Part shown: piece by piece, positions 43,438 to 55,784 of the stretch
Layout: each line of letters starts with the position of its first letter
Numbering within the stretch: position 1 is the stretch's first letter
Assembly: GCF_009914755.1 (NCBI RefSeq)
Contig: NC_060932.1
Direction: 5' to 3' (one strand)
Length of the DNA stretch: 64,000 nt
Source of the DNA: the human T2T-CHM13v2.0 reference genome, Homo sapiens
Notes under the pieces: model-generated
The model's database searches: none
What the model saw: only the letters and a program-made list of their open reading frames with translations
What the model was told of the DNA's origin: nothing
Program-made: the position numbers and the translations under genes

Positions 43438-44871
43438 ATGACCGGCCAGAGCCTGTGGGACGTGTCGGAGGCTAACGTCGAGGACGGGGAGATCCGCATC
43501 AATGTGGGCGGCTTCAAGAGGAGGCTGCGCTCGCACACGCTGCTGCGCTTCCCCGAGACGCGCCTGGGCCGCTTGCTGCTCTGCCACTCGCGCGAGGCCA
43601 TTCTGGAGCTCTGCGATGACTACGACGACGTCCAGCGGGAGTTCTACTTCGACCGCAACCCTGAGCTCTTCCCCTACGTGCTGCATTTCTATCACACCGG
43701 CAAGCTTCACGTCATGGCTGAGCTATGTGTCTTCTCCTTCAGCCAGGAGATCGAGTACTGGGGCATCAACGAGTTCTTCATTGACTCCTGCTGCAGCTAC
43801 AGCTACCATGGCCGCAAAGTAGAGCCCGAGCAGGAGAAGTGGGACGAGCAGAGTGACCAGGAGAGCACCACGTCTTCCTTCGATGAGATCCTTGCCTTCT
43901 ACAACGACGCCTCCAAGTTCGATGGGCAGCCCCTCGGCAACTTCCGCAGGCAGCTGTGGCTGGCGCTGGACAACCCCGGCTACTCAGTGCTGAGCAGGGT
44001 CTTCAGCATCCTGTCCATCCTGGTGGTGATGGGGTCCATCATCACCATGTGCCTCAATAGCCTGCCCGATTTCCAAATCCCTGACAGCCAGGGCAACCCT
44101 GGCGAGGACCCTAGGTTCGAAATCGTGGAGCACTTTGGCATTGCCTGGTTCACATTTGAGCTGGTGGCCAGGTTTGCTGTGGCCCCTGACTTCCTCAAGT
44201 TCTTCAAGAATGCCCTAAACCTTATTGACCTCATGTCCATCGTCCCCTTTTACATCACTCTGGTGGTGAACCTGGTGGTGGAGAGCACACCTACTTTAGC
44301 CAACTTGGGCAGGGTGGCCCAGGTCCTGAGGCTGATGCGGATCTTCCGCATCTTAAAGCTGGCCAGGCACTCCACTGGCCTCCGCTCCCTGGGGGCCACT
44401 TTGAAATACAGCTACAAAGAAGTAGGGCTGCTCTTGCTCTACCTCTCCGTGGGGATTTCCATCTTCTCCGTGGTGGCCTACACCATTGAAAAGGAGGAGA
44501 ACGAGGGCCTGGCCACCATCCCTGCCTGCTGGTGGTGGGCTACCGTCAGTATGACCACAGTGGGGTACGGGGATGTGGTCCCAGGGACCACGGCAGGAAA
44601 GCTGACTGCCTCTGCCTGCATCTTGGCAGGCATCCTCGTGGTGGTCCTGCCCATCACCTTGATCTTCAATAAGTTCTCCCACTTTTACCGGCGCCAAAAG
44701 CAACTTGAGAGTGCCATGCGCAGCTGTGACTTTGGAGATGGAATGAAGGAGGTCCCTTCGGTCAATTTAAGGGACTATTATGCCCATAAAGTTAAATCCC
44801 TTATGGCAAGCCTGACGAACATGAGCAGGAGCTCACCAAGTGAACTCAGTTTAAATGATTCCCTACGTTAG
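43438..44871 (+). CDS. KCNS2: Potassium voltage-gated channel modifier subfamily S member 2 (Kv9.2), 477 aa, CDS in a single exon
   Basis: T1/BTB domain (INVGG...FPETRLG...EFYFDRNP), S4 RVAQVLRLMRIFRILKLARH, pore WWWATVSMTTVGYGD, and S6 LPIT (P-x-T in place of P-x-P, typical of silent Kv9 subunits). N-terminus MTGQSLWDVSEAN and length fit KCNS2. Confidence 0.98.
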   Translation: MTGQSLWDVSEANVEDGEIRINVGGFKRRLRSHTLLRFPETRLGRLLLCHSREAILELCDDYDDVQREFYFDRNPELFPYVLHFYHTGKLHVMAELCVFSFSQEIEYWGINEFFIDSCCSYSYHGRKVEPEQEKWDEQSDQESTTSSFDEILAFYNDASKFDGQPLGNFRRQLWLALDNPGYSVLSRVFSILSILVVMGSIITMCLNSLPDFQIPDSQGNPGEDPRFEIVEHFGIAWFTFELVARFAVAPDFLKFFKNALNLIDLMSIVPFYITLVVNLVVESTPTLANLGRVAQVLRLMRIFRILKLARHSTGLRSLGATLKYSYKEVGLLLLYLSVGISIFSVVAYTIEKEENEGLATIPACWWWATVSMTTVGYGDVVPGTTAGKLTASACILAGILVVVLPITLIFNKFSHFYRRQKQLESAMRSCDFGDGMKEVPSVNLRDYYAHKVKSLMASLTNMSRSSPSELSLNDSLR

Positions 44872-46230
44872 CCGGGAGGACTTGTCACCCTCCACCCCAC
44901 ATTGCTGAGCTGCCTCTTGTGCCTCTGGCACAGCCCAGGCACCTTATGGTTATGGTGTAAGGAGTATGCCCAGCCCCTGAGGGGAGAGATGCATGGGATA
45001 TGCACCCAGGTTTCTTTTACAGTTTTTAGAATCGTTTTTAGAGGGTGGTGTGTCTGACACCATGCCTTTGCACCTTTCCATGAAATGACACTCACTGGTC
45101 TTTGCATCGTGGGCATAAAATGTTCACCTTTTTTCCAGATGAGTACACCCAGAATGCTAATTTTTCTGTCCATCGTGTACGCTATTCTAGTGCTTGTGGC
45201 CCAGTACTGTCTATGAGTTGTCGTGCTCCTGTTTCTGAGGTTGTCGTGTGAGTTCTGTACAAAAAGCCCCCACAAGTCGTCCAGTAGAAATGCATCTATG
45301 AGGTCAGCAAGGATATGATGAGATTTTGCTCACAGTCATGTGAAAACAAAATCTCAGCTCTTTATCCATTGCTTTCACTTAGTTTTAGTACCAAAACAAA
45401 GAGAATGCAAAGTTAAGCAGACTTGACCAATGCAAGTCTCTAAGTTGTTTTTATAAATGATCTGTAGTTCCGTGGCTTGCATGGGTGCACCAATCATCTT
45501 TAGAACGATGTACACTGATGTTCATCTCATAAATGTCACTCTTTAGAGAATGTTACTTAGTTAAACATGCAGTGAAGATCGAATTTTTTTCCCAAGAACA
45601 GATGTGTTAGGGAGAGGGGCTTCAGCTAAATAGTCCAAACCCTAGGGTGCTTAAAGCCAAGTTAGTGCAGGCTGAGCCCCTTGGTTCACAGTCAAGCCTC
45701 CTTGTTTCCTAGGGTGACTGTAGAGAAATGTATTTCCGGATGAGGTTTCTGATCTAGGCCATTTGACCAAACTTTGCTGTGTCTAAGATATTAGCATGTT
45801 TTTGAAATATTTATTTTTTAAGATGTTTAGGAGTAAGGTCGTGTTGTCTTCCTCAACTAAAAAGAAGTTTACTGTTGTATCGTCTCCCTGAGGTGAACGT
45901 TGTTGGGTTGCTAGCAAGGGCAGTAGCTTAAATACTTTTGTTGCCTACTCTGAAAGCTCATCAAATGAGAGCCCTTTTATTTCCAAGCAGAATTTAGTCA
46001 GATAATTTTGCTTCTAGGATATAGTATGTTGTATATGATGCTGTGATTGCCCTGGAGTTCCTGCCATGACATGGAAACCTGGTGGTATGGAAGCATGTAC
46101 TCAAAATATAGACGTGCACGATGGTGGTGTGGCTTACCCAGGATGGAAACACTGCAGTTCTTACTTGCATTCCCACTGCCTTTCATGGGGGGTGACTGGG
46201 TAGAGGCCAGGAGAAAGGAAAGAGTTGTAA

Positions 46231-46236
46231 AATAAA
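46231..46236 (+). terminator. KCNS2: Candidate proximal poly(A) signal AATAAA
   Basis: First AATAAA I found after the stop codon, preceded by TGTA. Confidence 0.6.
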
Positions 46237-48407
46237 AAACTGCTAGTTCATAAAATGTCATAAAAAATTGTAAACTTGAAAAGCTTAATGCTATTCAAAA
46301 GACCTTCAAGCTTCCAAACTTGTATTGAAGGGAGACGACTGTTTCCTCCTCCAAAATGCTCCTGCTCCTCTTGTTCGGTTAACCAGCACATAACATTGTG
46401 ATGGGGAACCTGGGTTCCTCTATAAGATAATTCTTCTCCATCATCTTTAAGGTAATCTGATGGTTTTCCAGGTGGCTTTCATTATTGTTCCATCTTTGAA
46501 AAGGCAATAGAACCCAGGGGTCTGAGCATGGAGCTATCCAGGGTTTTCATCCAAAGGTTGGGCCTCTTCTTAAGAGGTCCTTTTGTGTTTCAGTTGATTG
46601 AAGATGATACTTACCTCATTGGAGGTGTGGCAAGGATCTTATCAGAAGGCTTTGTGTTCTTGTAGTTGTCATGGCTACTACAGTGTGGGTGATTTATTGA
46701 ATGAATTCACTAGCCACTTGTGTCCTGGAGCCCCCAGTTCAAATCTTTCCATTGGACTGGAGGCTTGTGGGAGGCTGGGAGGTGGCTGTCTCCTAGTGTC
46801 TACATCCGTGTCTCTGAAGCATCAGGAAAAGTGAGATGACTTAGAGGCAACTGGGCACTGAATCAGAGGAGCAGAGTTATTTTTCAGAATTTGCACATGG
46901 AACACTTAGATTTGGCTGGTGCTTCCAGCCCTGGAAGGCATAACATTTACGGACTCATCCCCAGCTGCACTGAAGGCAGGTGGTGGTACAGACTTATGAG
47001 GACGGATCAGTTTGCCAAGGCTGATGGTATTGGGTCACTGAGCCTGGTATCCATGGCCGCTGACCAGGAAGCTTATGCAAAGTGGAAGCAAGGAACAAGG
47101 CAGAATAACTCAGTCACTTTCATGAAGATTTTTCTAAACAAGAAGGCTTACCACCAAAAAAGAGGTACCCTAGTGGTTACCCTTTGCAGATGTGAAAGCT
47201 GGAAAACTTGACTTTTCTTTTTGGTAATGACTTGCATTTATCTGGTGCCTTTCGTTGGAGGAATCCCAACGTGCTTTAGAGACTATCTTTTTAACATCTC
47301 TTGTACATACATATATACTTATATAAAATATTATCTTGCCCAACTGGACCTTTACTCACTTCTGAGCATGAGAATGTCCCAATAGCATTGAGTTTTTCAA
47401 GTGGTGGTTTCAGATAAGTGGGAGAAAGAACAACCCGGCTGGCTTAAACCCTGGAGCTAATTCCCACAAGGAATGTAGACTGAATGGTGACCCAGGGAGA
47501 AATAATCTTCCTCTCCCCTAAAGTCTCACTAAGGTTTGAAGTTTACAGGTGCTCTCCACTGGGTCTTTGATCGACCTTGCTAGATAACATCTAACCAGCA
47601 GTTTCTTTTAGTCCCTGAAGCTAACCAGGGAGAGTCAGGTTAATTTTCTGTAAAAATATGAGGTGACATCTTTGGCAACCAGGCTGTCAGACTGACCTGT
47701 AAACCTCCTTTAGGGGGACAGAGTAGAAACTGGAGATGACTTGTTTCCAGCTGTGAGCTTGAGAGAAGTGTCACTCCCAGCATTTGAAGGTTATTGTTTT
47801 CAATGCCAGTGGGCCAAATATATGGGCCAGGCTTTGATATCTGTGATGTGCATTTTGGAAGTGCTGGGTTGGGAAGTGACACGTCTGTTGCACAAATGCA
47901 TATTGGTTATAGGTTTGTGTTTTCTGCCAAACCCCCACATTTCTCGGGTTTGTGAGTGAGGAAGGGCATGTTGTAATGCCAAGCTGATTTGTAGCTCGTA
48001 AGGTAGTAATTGGTATTTAACATTTGCATTTGTTATTTCTACTTATCTTAGCACTCAAATAATTGAACTACCTGCTAATTCTTGCCGCATTTCAAAGAAA
48101 ATAAGTTGTTATGCACTTTGGGATAGTGGTGATCTGTACAGGCTGTGTGTTAGCTACTTGAAGGCGTAACTGGTATTTCTTGTGTGTTTTAACAGCATGA
48201 CTTCTTACAGAGCTGTAATTTTTAAAATTGAGGATGCCATATTTGAGATGTCAGTTTTAACACTCATTAACACACTACTGTGCAAGCATTGACACAGGCT
48301 GCACTGAACCATTATGTCTGATTGCTGCACTTTCATCTCTGTGCCTCGATTCGGGAATGGGCAGTAATACTGACACACTCGGGACTCCAGCCTCAAAAAG
48401 TGTGCAG

Positions 48408-48413
48408 ATTAAA
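48408..48413 (+). terminator. KCNS2: Candidate distal poly(A) signal ATTAAA
   Basis: ATTAAA near the end of the repeat-free block, with a GT/T-rich tract at about 48518-48552. Confidence 0.5.
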
Positions 48414-50539
48414 TAGACAAAAATTATTTGCATCTCTTGGAGGCATTTCAATTACATATGCAGTAGCAAACAAGGAGGGCATTCAAAGTTGGGGACCAGA
48501 TTTCCTGAGAAAGCCTGGGTGTTTTTTTTGTTTGTTTGTTTGTTTGTTTTTGCAATTTGGGGAAGGAGAAGCTGTTGTTTATTCTTGGTAAAGGCGGAGT
48601 CCTAGTTTTCTAGGATCTCGAACCACTAGCCTCCTTGGTAGAAGGAATGGTCCTGTATTCTTGTAACTCTTGTGAAACAGACACCCCTGCAGGATTTTCC
48701 TCCTGCATGCTTTCCTGCTCAGCACCTCTGTCAGCCTGCCCTGCCAGCCCCAACCTGTCCCAAAGTACCACTCTCCCTGCTGCCGAAGTAGGCTCCCTAA
48801 TAGTAAATTGGGGAACCCTGAGTGTCCTGGCTGGTTGGGCATGAATACTGCTGGGGGATACATAGAGACACTTCTTGGCATTACTTAAAATAGACTGAGT
48901 ATGGGCCGGTCCAAAGGCCATGGTGAATCGGTAGGAAGGCCACTGGGCTGACTTGGTTCTGCTGGGTTTTGCCTCCAGCTCTGTGATTGTAGGCACATCC
49001 TGTGGCCTCTCCAAGCCTCACCTTCCACTGCTGCAAAAATGAGAAGGTTGGATTAGATAATCCTTAAAGCCCTCCCTACCCACTTCTTCACCTCAATATA
49101 AAAACAGAATTTCTGCATGTCTCTCTATGTCCTCATTCTAGCCATGAGCCGATCCTGATATCCCTAATTTATTTTTAAGAAGAGCAGAGAGATTGCTTAC
49201 AAACAACCTTCTATTTGGTTTCATTTCCTCTTCAGCAGTCAGCTACAATAGACGACAGTTGCAGGGACAATGCAATCAGGAAAATGCTTGAGCTAGGTTC
49301 TGATCCAAGTGAATCAAGTTTTAAAATCATCAGCTTGTCTCCTTTGGGATTTCCACTATTTCCACCTATGTACACGGAATCCAGATTCCTCCTATTAACA
49401 ATCATTAGGCAGAGGAAAATCAATAAGATCCCATTCGACTTCAGGGCTAACTCTTTGCTCATTTTGGTTTGTTGCCTTTGTGAAGGCTAGGAGATCCCCT
49501 ACCTGTTCCCATGAGGTTATTGGGCCCCAGAAGGGGCCCTGAGGTGTATGGAGCAGATGGCTCTCCCATCCAACACTCAACTCACACTGAGCAGTGGTGG
49601 CATCTGCAGGTGGCCTCGTCTGTGTATGCAGCAAAAGGGTGTAGAAATCTGTGTTAACCTTGCCCCGCACTCGTTAAGGCTGAGGAAGGACGCACAGCAC
49701 TGCTCTCCAACCTCACCACAGTCTTTGCGTTCCATCAAGTGGGGTGTAGCTCAGCTCCTCCCCTTTAGCCACCATCCCTGCAGCAAGGGTATAAATGGAT
49801 ATTCAGGGGGTATTTTAGGGCCAGGATGCCTTACATCTTAAAAGGAAAAACAAACACCTCCCCTTGAGGGAAGAACTTAAATGTTGCATGTACACGGTTA
49901 TTATCTCCTCCTACTTTTAGGAGAAATTTAAACTAGCATTTCCACCCAAGGCCCTTACATGGCTGTTACATCCGGTCAATGGTGCAGGTGTGAAACTCTG
50001 CAACATTTTCCTCCTTCTGGGACCTCACTTGTCAATAGCACCATCCTCCTGGGTAAATTCTCCCAAGCAAATGACTGCATCTGCAGCTGGCAGCTGATGC
50101 ATTCAGAACAGAGATGCAAACAAGGCCTCAGAGACCCGTGGACGGGAAACAGAGGGAGGGGAAAGAGATACAAGAGAAGGGGAGAAGAAGGCTGGCATGC
50201 CTTGGAGTTGTGTAAGGCCCTACAGAAGGAACAGTGGATAAAAAGAAACCAGAAATCGGAGGGAAAGAGAGAAAAAAAAAGAGGGAACAGGATAGAGTGA
50301 ATAAAGGAAAGGGCAGAGAAGAAAGAAGGGAAAAGAGCAGAGAGCAAAAAGAGAGGCAATGTCTAGTGACATTATTCTAGGCCTTCCATTGAGTCTATTT
50401 TATTTCCAGTTAACCTAGTGTGCTCCTAGCCCAGCAAGTCCTCCTGGGGGCAACGATCACTGGGGCTGCTCCCACTGCTCTCCACCTGGACTGGCCCCCA
50501 TCCCTGCTTGCCAGAGGGCTCCACAATCTGGTAGAATAG

Positions 50540-51190
50540 AGAGCACAGGAGCCCCCTGGAAGCATTTTTGGATGAAGGGGGCAATGAGGACACGAGGAAA
50601 GAGGAATAACTATTTCCTTTGTGAAGACAGGACTTCTGGGCTACAAACAGAAAGAGGACTCCAGGAGCCAGCCAGACAGGGCATGGTGCTGGGAGTCAGG
50701 GCTGGCCAGGTGGAGGGAAGGGAAAAGGAAAAAACCTTTTCCTCCAGTAACAGGGACCTGCATAGGCAGAGAGAAGGAGGCTGAAGCACCAGCATGTGTG
50801 CAGAACATCGAAGTCAGTAAGTCTAGAGAAAAGCAAGGTGCAGATGGGGGGCAGAAGTAAGCCATCTGAAGAGCCTGAGCTTCATTCTTTTGTCACCAGG
50901 GTACAGATATCCTGACCAGATGAATGTTGTCAGAATATGACTCTAGCATCAGCTTGGAAGTGTGAGAGGGGACAGGTGGCTGATTTGAGGTCACGGTCAC
51001 AGTATAGATCAGATACAAAGGGAGTGGGGTGGGGAGGAGGGGCAGTGCAGGTGGACGGGGAGGCGGCTCTGCAGGACTCCATCAGTGACTGGATGTGGGA
51101 TGAGGGAGAGGGAGGGGAGGATGGTTTCTGGGTTTCTGGCTGGGTTGGTGGCTGGATGGATGGTGGTGCCACCTGGAGAGACAGGGAATA
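50540..51190 (-). mobile_element. L2 LINE fragments
   Basis: Purine-rich reverse L2 motifs (gtgactggatgtgggatgaggg...ggtttctggctggg...tggatggtggtgcca). Confidence 0.6.
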
Positions 51191-51399
51191 CTCAGAGCCA
51201 TGTTGCCCGAGTGCCTGGGATACACAGAGCGGGTGTGCAGTGGGCAGAGGGAGGCCTGGAGGCCAGGCAGCACCCTGAGGGAGCCTGGCATGAGAAGGGG
51301 CCCTTGGGGATGAGTGAGGCCATAGCCTTGCTTTTCTCAGCTGACTCCTTATCTGCCAACCTATTTCTCTCCCTTTCCCTGAGAAATCCTGAGGGGGTG

Positions 51400-52010
51400 A
51401 TCTCTACTGGCGACCTTGGCTTTCCTCTCCTGTCACTTCCTTGTGTTTTCTCTGTGACCGGCCTCTGTTCCCACCACCCTTTTGGAACTGCTGTCCTGAT
51501 GGTCACCAGTGCTTTCCTAATAGCCAAATTCAGTGGCCTGTCCTCAAGCTCCCCCGAATTCTTTGGCCACACAGATCAACCTCTAAGTCCTGGGAACTCC
51601 CTCCTTTGTGATTTTGAGGCGCTGTGTGCTGCAGGCTCTGCTTTTCCCTCCCATCACCCCATGGTTCTTCCTTCTCCTCTGACCCCTCCCTCTTCCATTT
51701 CTCCCACAGCTCTGTCCACAGCCACAATGTCCATAGGAGCCTGCCACACCCTTTATCCAACTGCAGCCTCAACCCACCTGCAAAGGACCCCTGTGTCTCC
51801 TGCCCGACGCCCTCACTCCCGAGCCCCACACCCACATCACCCATGTGCATTGGCATTCACCCTCTCTAAAATGGAATTTCCCACTTCACTCCAAACTTGC
51901 TCTTCCTTCTGACTTCTTCCTCATTTCTATCAATGGAACCACAGTGTTCTTGGCCCTTCAGGTTGAAATTTCGGTCATCTTTGAATCCTCCCAATGTATG
52001 TATCCCTTTA
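51400..52010 (+). mobile_element. L2 LINE fragment
   Basis: gaactgctgtcctgatggtcaccagtgctttcctaatagccaaattcagtgg...catttctatcaatggaaccac. Confidence 0.65.
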
Positions 52011-52119
52011 CTCACAATATTGATTATTTACTGGCAGCTGAGTAATTGCCAAGTACCATGTTAGATGCAAGGGAAATAAATCCAAAGGGCATTGCGCACA
52101 GTCATAAGCAGTGTAGACT

Positions 52120-52280
52120 TGAGAGACACTTTACTGTGCAGCAGAATCCTCTGGGGAGCTCTTCACAATGTAGATTTCTGGGCATCACCCATCTACAAAT
52201 TCAGACTCTTGAGGTGAAACCAGGAATCTGCAGTTAAAGGCTCCCAGGTGACTTGGGTTCAGGTGGCTTTCAGACCACTC
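52120..52280. mobile_element. MER5A-like MITE
   Basis: gcagaatcctctggggagc...tcagactcttgaggtg...ggaatctgcag...ctcccaggtga. Confidence 0.55.
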
Positions 52281-54097
52281 ATGGGGAAACACTACTTCAG
52301 GGGTGCCCCTTGCAGTAGTGCCTCTGTCTCCTCACCTGCACCCACCGGACCAGGTGTCACCCACACTTTCCTCGGTATCTTGCACATCGGTCCTCTTGTA
52401 TCCATCCTAAGGCTCTCACCCCGCTTCTGTCCGTGTTAACTCATGTTCATTCCCAACAGACTCATCCCTAGGCTCTCCCCCAACAACCCATCCTTTTCTG
52501 CAACCCCTCCACTCCCCTCACACACAGGCTAATCTTTCTCTTTCCAGTGTCTTAGACTTACTAGTGACTTCTTGGCCACCGTTGGTGCTCCTGTTGAATA
52601 TAACCGCAGATGCCAAGGGCCACAGCCGAGGAAGTGGAAAATCTGCACGGGCCCAGTAAGGCTCTATCTAAAAGACAGAAAAGGATTTAGGAAGGAGTTG
52701 CCTTTCAACCAGCAACCAGGCACAGGCAGAAGAGACATTAGAGCTTTGTAACAAGGGACACACAGAGTTGGCAGCACAAAGGGCCTGGGCCTCTGAAGGT
52801 TGGATGACCAGGCTCATCATCCATCCAGGGATGACCGAGCCTGTGCCCTAGACTATTGGCCTCCCACAGCAGCCAGTCCATCTGCCCAGCAGTCCCTGGG
52901 CACCCAGGAATGCAGCCTACACGGCATGAGCGGGCAGGCTGGGGGTATGTGTGGCAGGAACAGAATTGGGGTTCTTGGGGAGGTTTTTTTCCACTTAAAA
53001 CTCTTTTTGTCGCCTACGTCTCCAGACATTTAAAGATTTCTGAGCTATTTTCAGACCTACTATGAAAAGAACTGAGGTGCCAGCAGTCAGACACCCATCG
53101 AACTGTTTCCTAAGAGGAGAACTGGCATGACTCACTTTTGATCTGTCAGCTTTGTATTGATTTTTCTGGCAAACTTTGTAGGTCTGCCCAGGGTTGACTC
53201 CACCAGGAGCGGCTACGTTGTAACCCACTGCGTCCAGAGTCAGTCATTACAAAGGCCACCATCACAGGATCGGATTCTGCATTTCTTTTTGTGGGAATGT
53301 GGGAGGAGAGGAGGGAAACCACAATCCACAAAACCAAGGGTGTCCCTGGGCTTCCCCACTGCCTGCTGAAGGGAAGCCAGGCAGCTCTCTACATGCCTGT
53401 CCTGGGCTAGGGACTGAGGGCTACTTTTGGAAAGAGGGACTGATGGGAGCTGACAGAGGCCCAGAGGCAAACCATTTCCACCCTGTCCTTTCCTCTACAC
53501 TGGGAACCGGGGAGCCAGCGATTGGAGGCTCAGAAGGAGGATGGTGAGGTTTTATGCACAGTTTAAATATATTGCTATGTAATTTTCCAATTTTAAAACA
53601 TGAGATCACTGATTATTCAGTAGCTTCCCCATTTTTTTACAAAGCCCTCCTGTGTGTATGTTTGTGTGTGCGTGTGTGTGTTTAAAGCCTTTTCAGTCAA
53701 ACTGAGATATCCTACCGACCTTCCCATTGTTCCTGAGCCCCCATGAGAATGTGTAGATGTGTGTCAGAGCTTTAGAGCCTGCAAGGAGCTCCCGAGTCTG
53801 AGGACTCACTTGTGCTGATATTTCAGGGAAGAGCTTGATGCCTAGAAACTGGAATGTGCAGATGTTGCATATTCAGCGACTGAAGTGCTGGCCTCAGCAA
53901 ACAATGCCAGGAGAAGAACCAAGAGGTGGAACCACGTCAACCAGGAGCCATTGTTTCGCTGAGGGCAAAGCCATTTGCCAGGCCCTGTGCTGGCTGCCCT
54001 AGCCCTCAGTGCCTCCCCTCAACTTTCCTGTGGGTGCCCTCAGGTGAAACGGCCCCTCAGACAGCCCCTCAGGAGCAGGTTTGACATGTCACTGAGA

Positions 54098-54366
54098 GAT
54101 GCATATGTGTGTGTGTGCCGGTGTGCATGTGTGTATCTATGTGTGTGTATGTGGGTCTCTGTGTGAGTCTCTGTGTGTGTGTGTGTGTGTGTCCATTATG
54201 TCTGTGTGCCTGGATGTCTGTGTGTTTCTGTGTGGCCATATGGATGTCTATGAGTCTTGTGTGTATCTGTGTGTGCATGTGTATATGTGTCTGTGTGTGA
54301 ATCTCTGTGTCCACGTGTCTGAGTGTATGCATGTGGGTGTGTCTGTGCATCTGTGTGTGTCTGTGA
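54098..54366. repeat. Degenerate (TG)n low-complexity tract
   Basis: About 270 bp of interrupted TG dinucleotides. Confidence 0.9.
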
Positions 54367-55784
54367 ACATGGGGGTGGAATGGAAGGGGACAGCCTCACC
54401 CGTGGGGAGAAGGGGATGGAAACAGCTGCTCTCCAGGGCTCCTGGTAGACATCACTTCCACAGAGAGGCTTTCTCTGCACTCCTTCCAATTTAAATTCTG
54501 CTTTCTGCCAGCCAATATCTCTCCCTCGTGTTGTCTCACTGCATCCAATGCTTTTCCTTCTTAGCTGTTATTGTAATTTGTCATTTTTATTTATTGGGTG
54601 ATGTCTGTCACCCCCGCTAGTCTGGAAGCTCCATGGATACAGGGATATTTTATCTCCAGTGCCCAATACAATGCCTGGCACAGAATAAATGCTGACAAAT
54701 AATAAATGAAACGAGGTCAGAAGGGCCTTGTCATTGCCCTTCTGGATAAATTGCGGGTCCCTGTGGAGTCGATTTGACCTGGTACATAGCTGCATCAAGA
54801 GTCAGGAGTTTCAGGGCACCGACATCCTTAGCAAAGCCTCCCAGGCTGGAGACCTGTGACATGCTAGCCAGGCACTGCCACCAACAATGAGATTGGAAGG
54901 GACAGCTTTCCTGAGAGGCACATTTCTGAATGACATCCAGAACTGAGGAAAGCTTGCCAGATATTCCCCTCAGGTAATGACTAATGCACGAACCAGTTCC
55001 CAGGTGAATAATGTCAAAAGGAATCACTATATAGGCCCCCAATCCCTCTGAGGCAGGGTTCAGTGGAAATCACACACTATTAGGCATCAGAGCAGCGGTC
55101 AACACATGCGCACACAGTTGGGTCGGCAGGTATTACTTTATACTAGTTAGAGGGATAGGCTTAACATTAATTAATGTCTCATTGCTGATCCTCTAGCAAA
55201 ATCTAAACCCCAAACCCAAACCTGAGCCCTTCATTTAAATGTATCCTCTGTGGCCAGCTCAGCACAATGAAGTCTGCATACCGATTCAGCCCTGTGGTTC
55301 ACTGGCTGGATCTCAAATGAAGCTGGCAGCGCATGTGCTGGTGTGGGAAGAAGAGCTTGCAGTGTGCATTTGTCATCTGCCATGCACTAGCAGTGAGATA
55401 TTGGGCACAACACGGCACCTCTCTAGCCTTCAGGGAAGAGGTGACGCCTGAGCTAGGACTTGCAGGGAGAGGAGGGATATCAGAGGGAGGATGTGCGTAC
55501 TGATTCCTGGGGGCAGGACCAGGGATAGCTGCTGCCAGCATCAAATCTGCTCCAGCGGGCCAGTCTAGCCCCAAAGGGATAAAGGAGTTGAGGGTAGGCT
55601 GCTCCTGGGGCCCTCCTGAGAGGCACAGACGGACAAAAGGTTGGGGACTGGGAGATGGCAGGAATCCAGACCGAGAGTGTGACCAGAGGCCCTGAGAGCC
55701 CCGGACACAGGCAGGGCCTTTCAGCTCCAGCTCCAGCTCCTGGGCTGGCAGTCTTAAGGCAAATTTCTCCCATTTCCATTTTTT

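Larger units (their letters stand above)
41900..43990. promoter_or_regulatory. KCNS2: CpG island / KCNS2 promoter
   Basis: Very high GC and CpG density against a CpG-depleted background; GC boxes (cccgccc), short GCG runs, no TATA box. Edges approximate. Confidence 0.9.
44872..48435 (+). other. KCNS2: KCNS2 3' UTR (short form to about 46260, long form to about 48435)
   Basis: About 3.5 kb with no recognisable transposon directly after the stop codon, bounded by candidate poly(A) signals. Confidence 0.6.

Noticed and set aside
43051-44703. Antisense ORFs (219, 113, 86 and 116 aa) opposite KCNS2
   Set aside because: Shadow ORFs produced by the GC-rich codon usage of the real CDS.
46607-46616. 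ATACTTACCT, identical to the U1 snRNA 5' end
   Set aside because: No further U1 sequence follows; it is simply the complement of a splice-donor motif (see findings).
50250-50357. GA-rich tract as a triplex (H-DNA) element
   Set aside because: Interrupted by pyrimidines and lacking a clear mirror repeat.
51085-51912. 275-aa ORF
   Set aside because: Spans decayed L2 fragments; Ser/Pro/Leu-rich with no recognisable domain or splice support.
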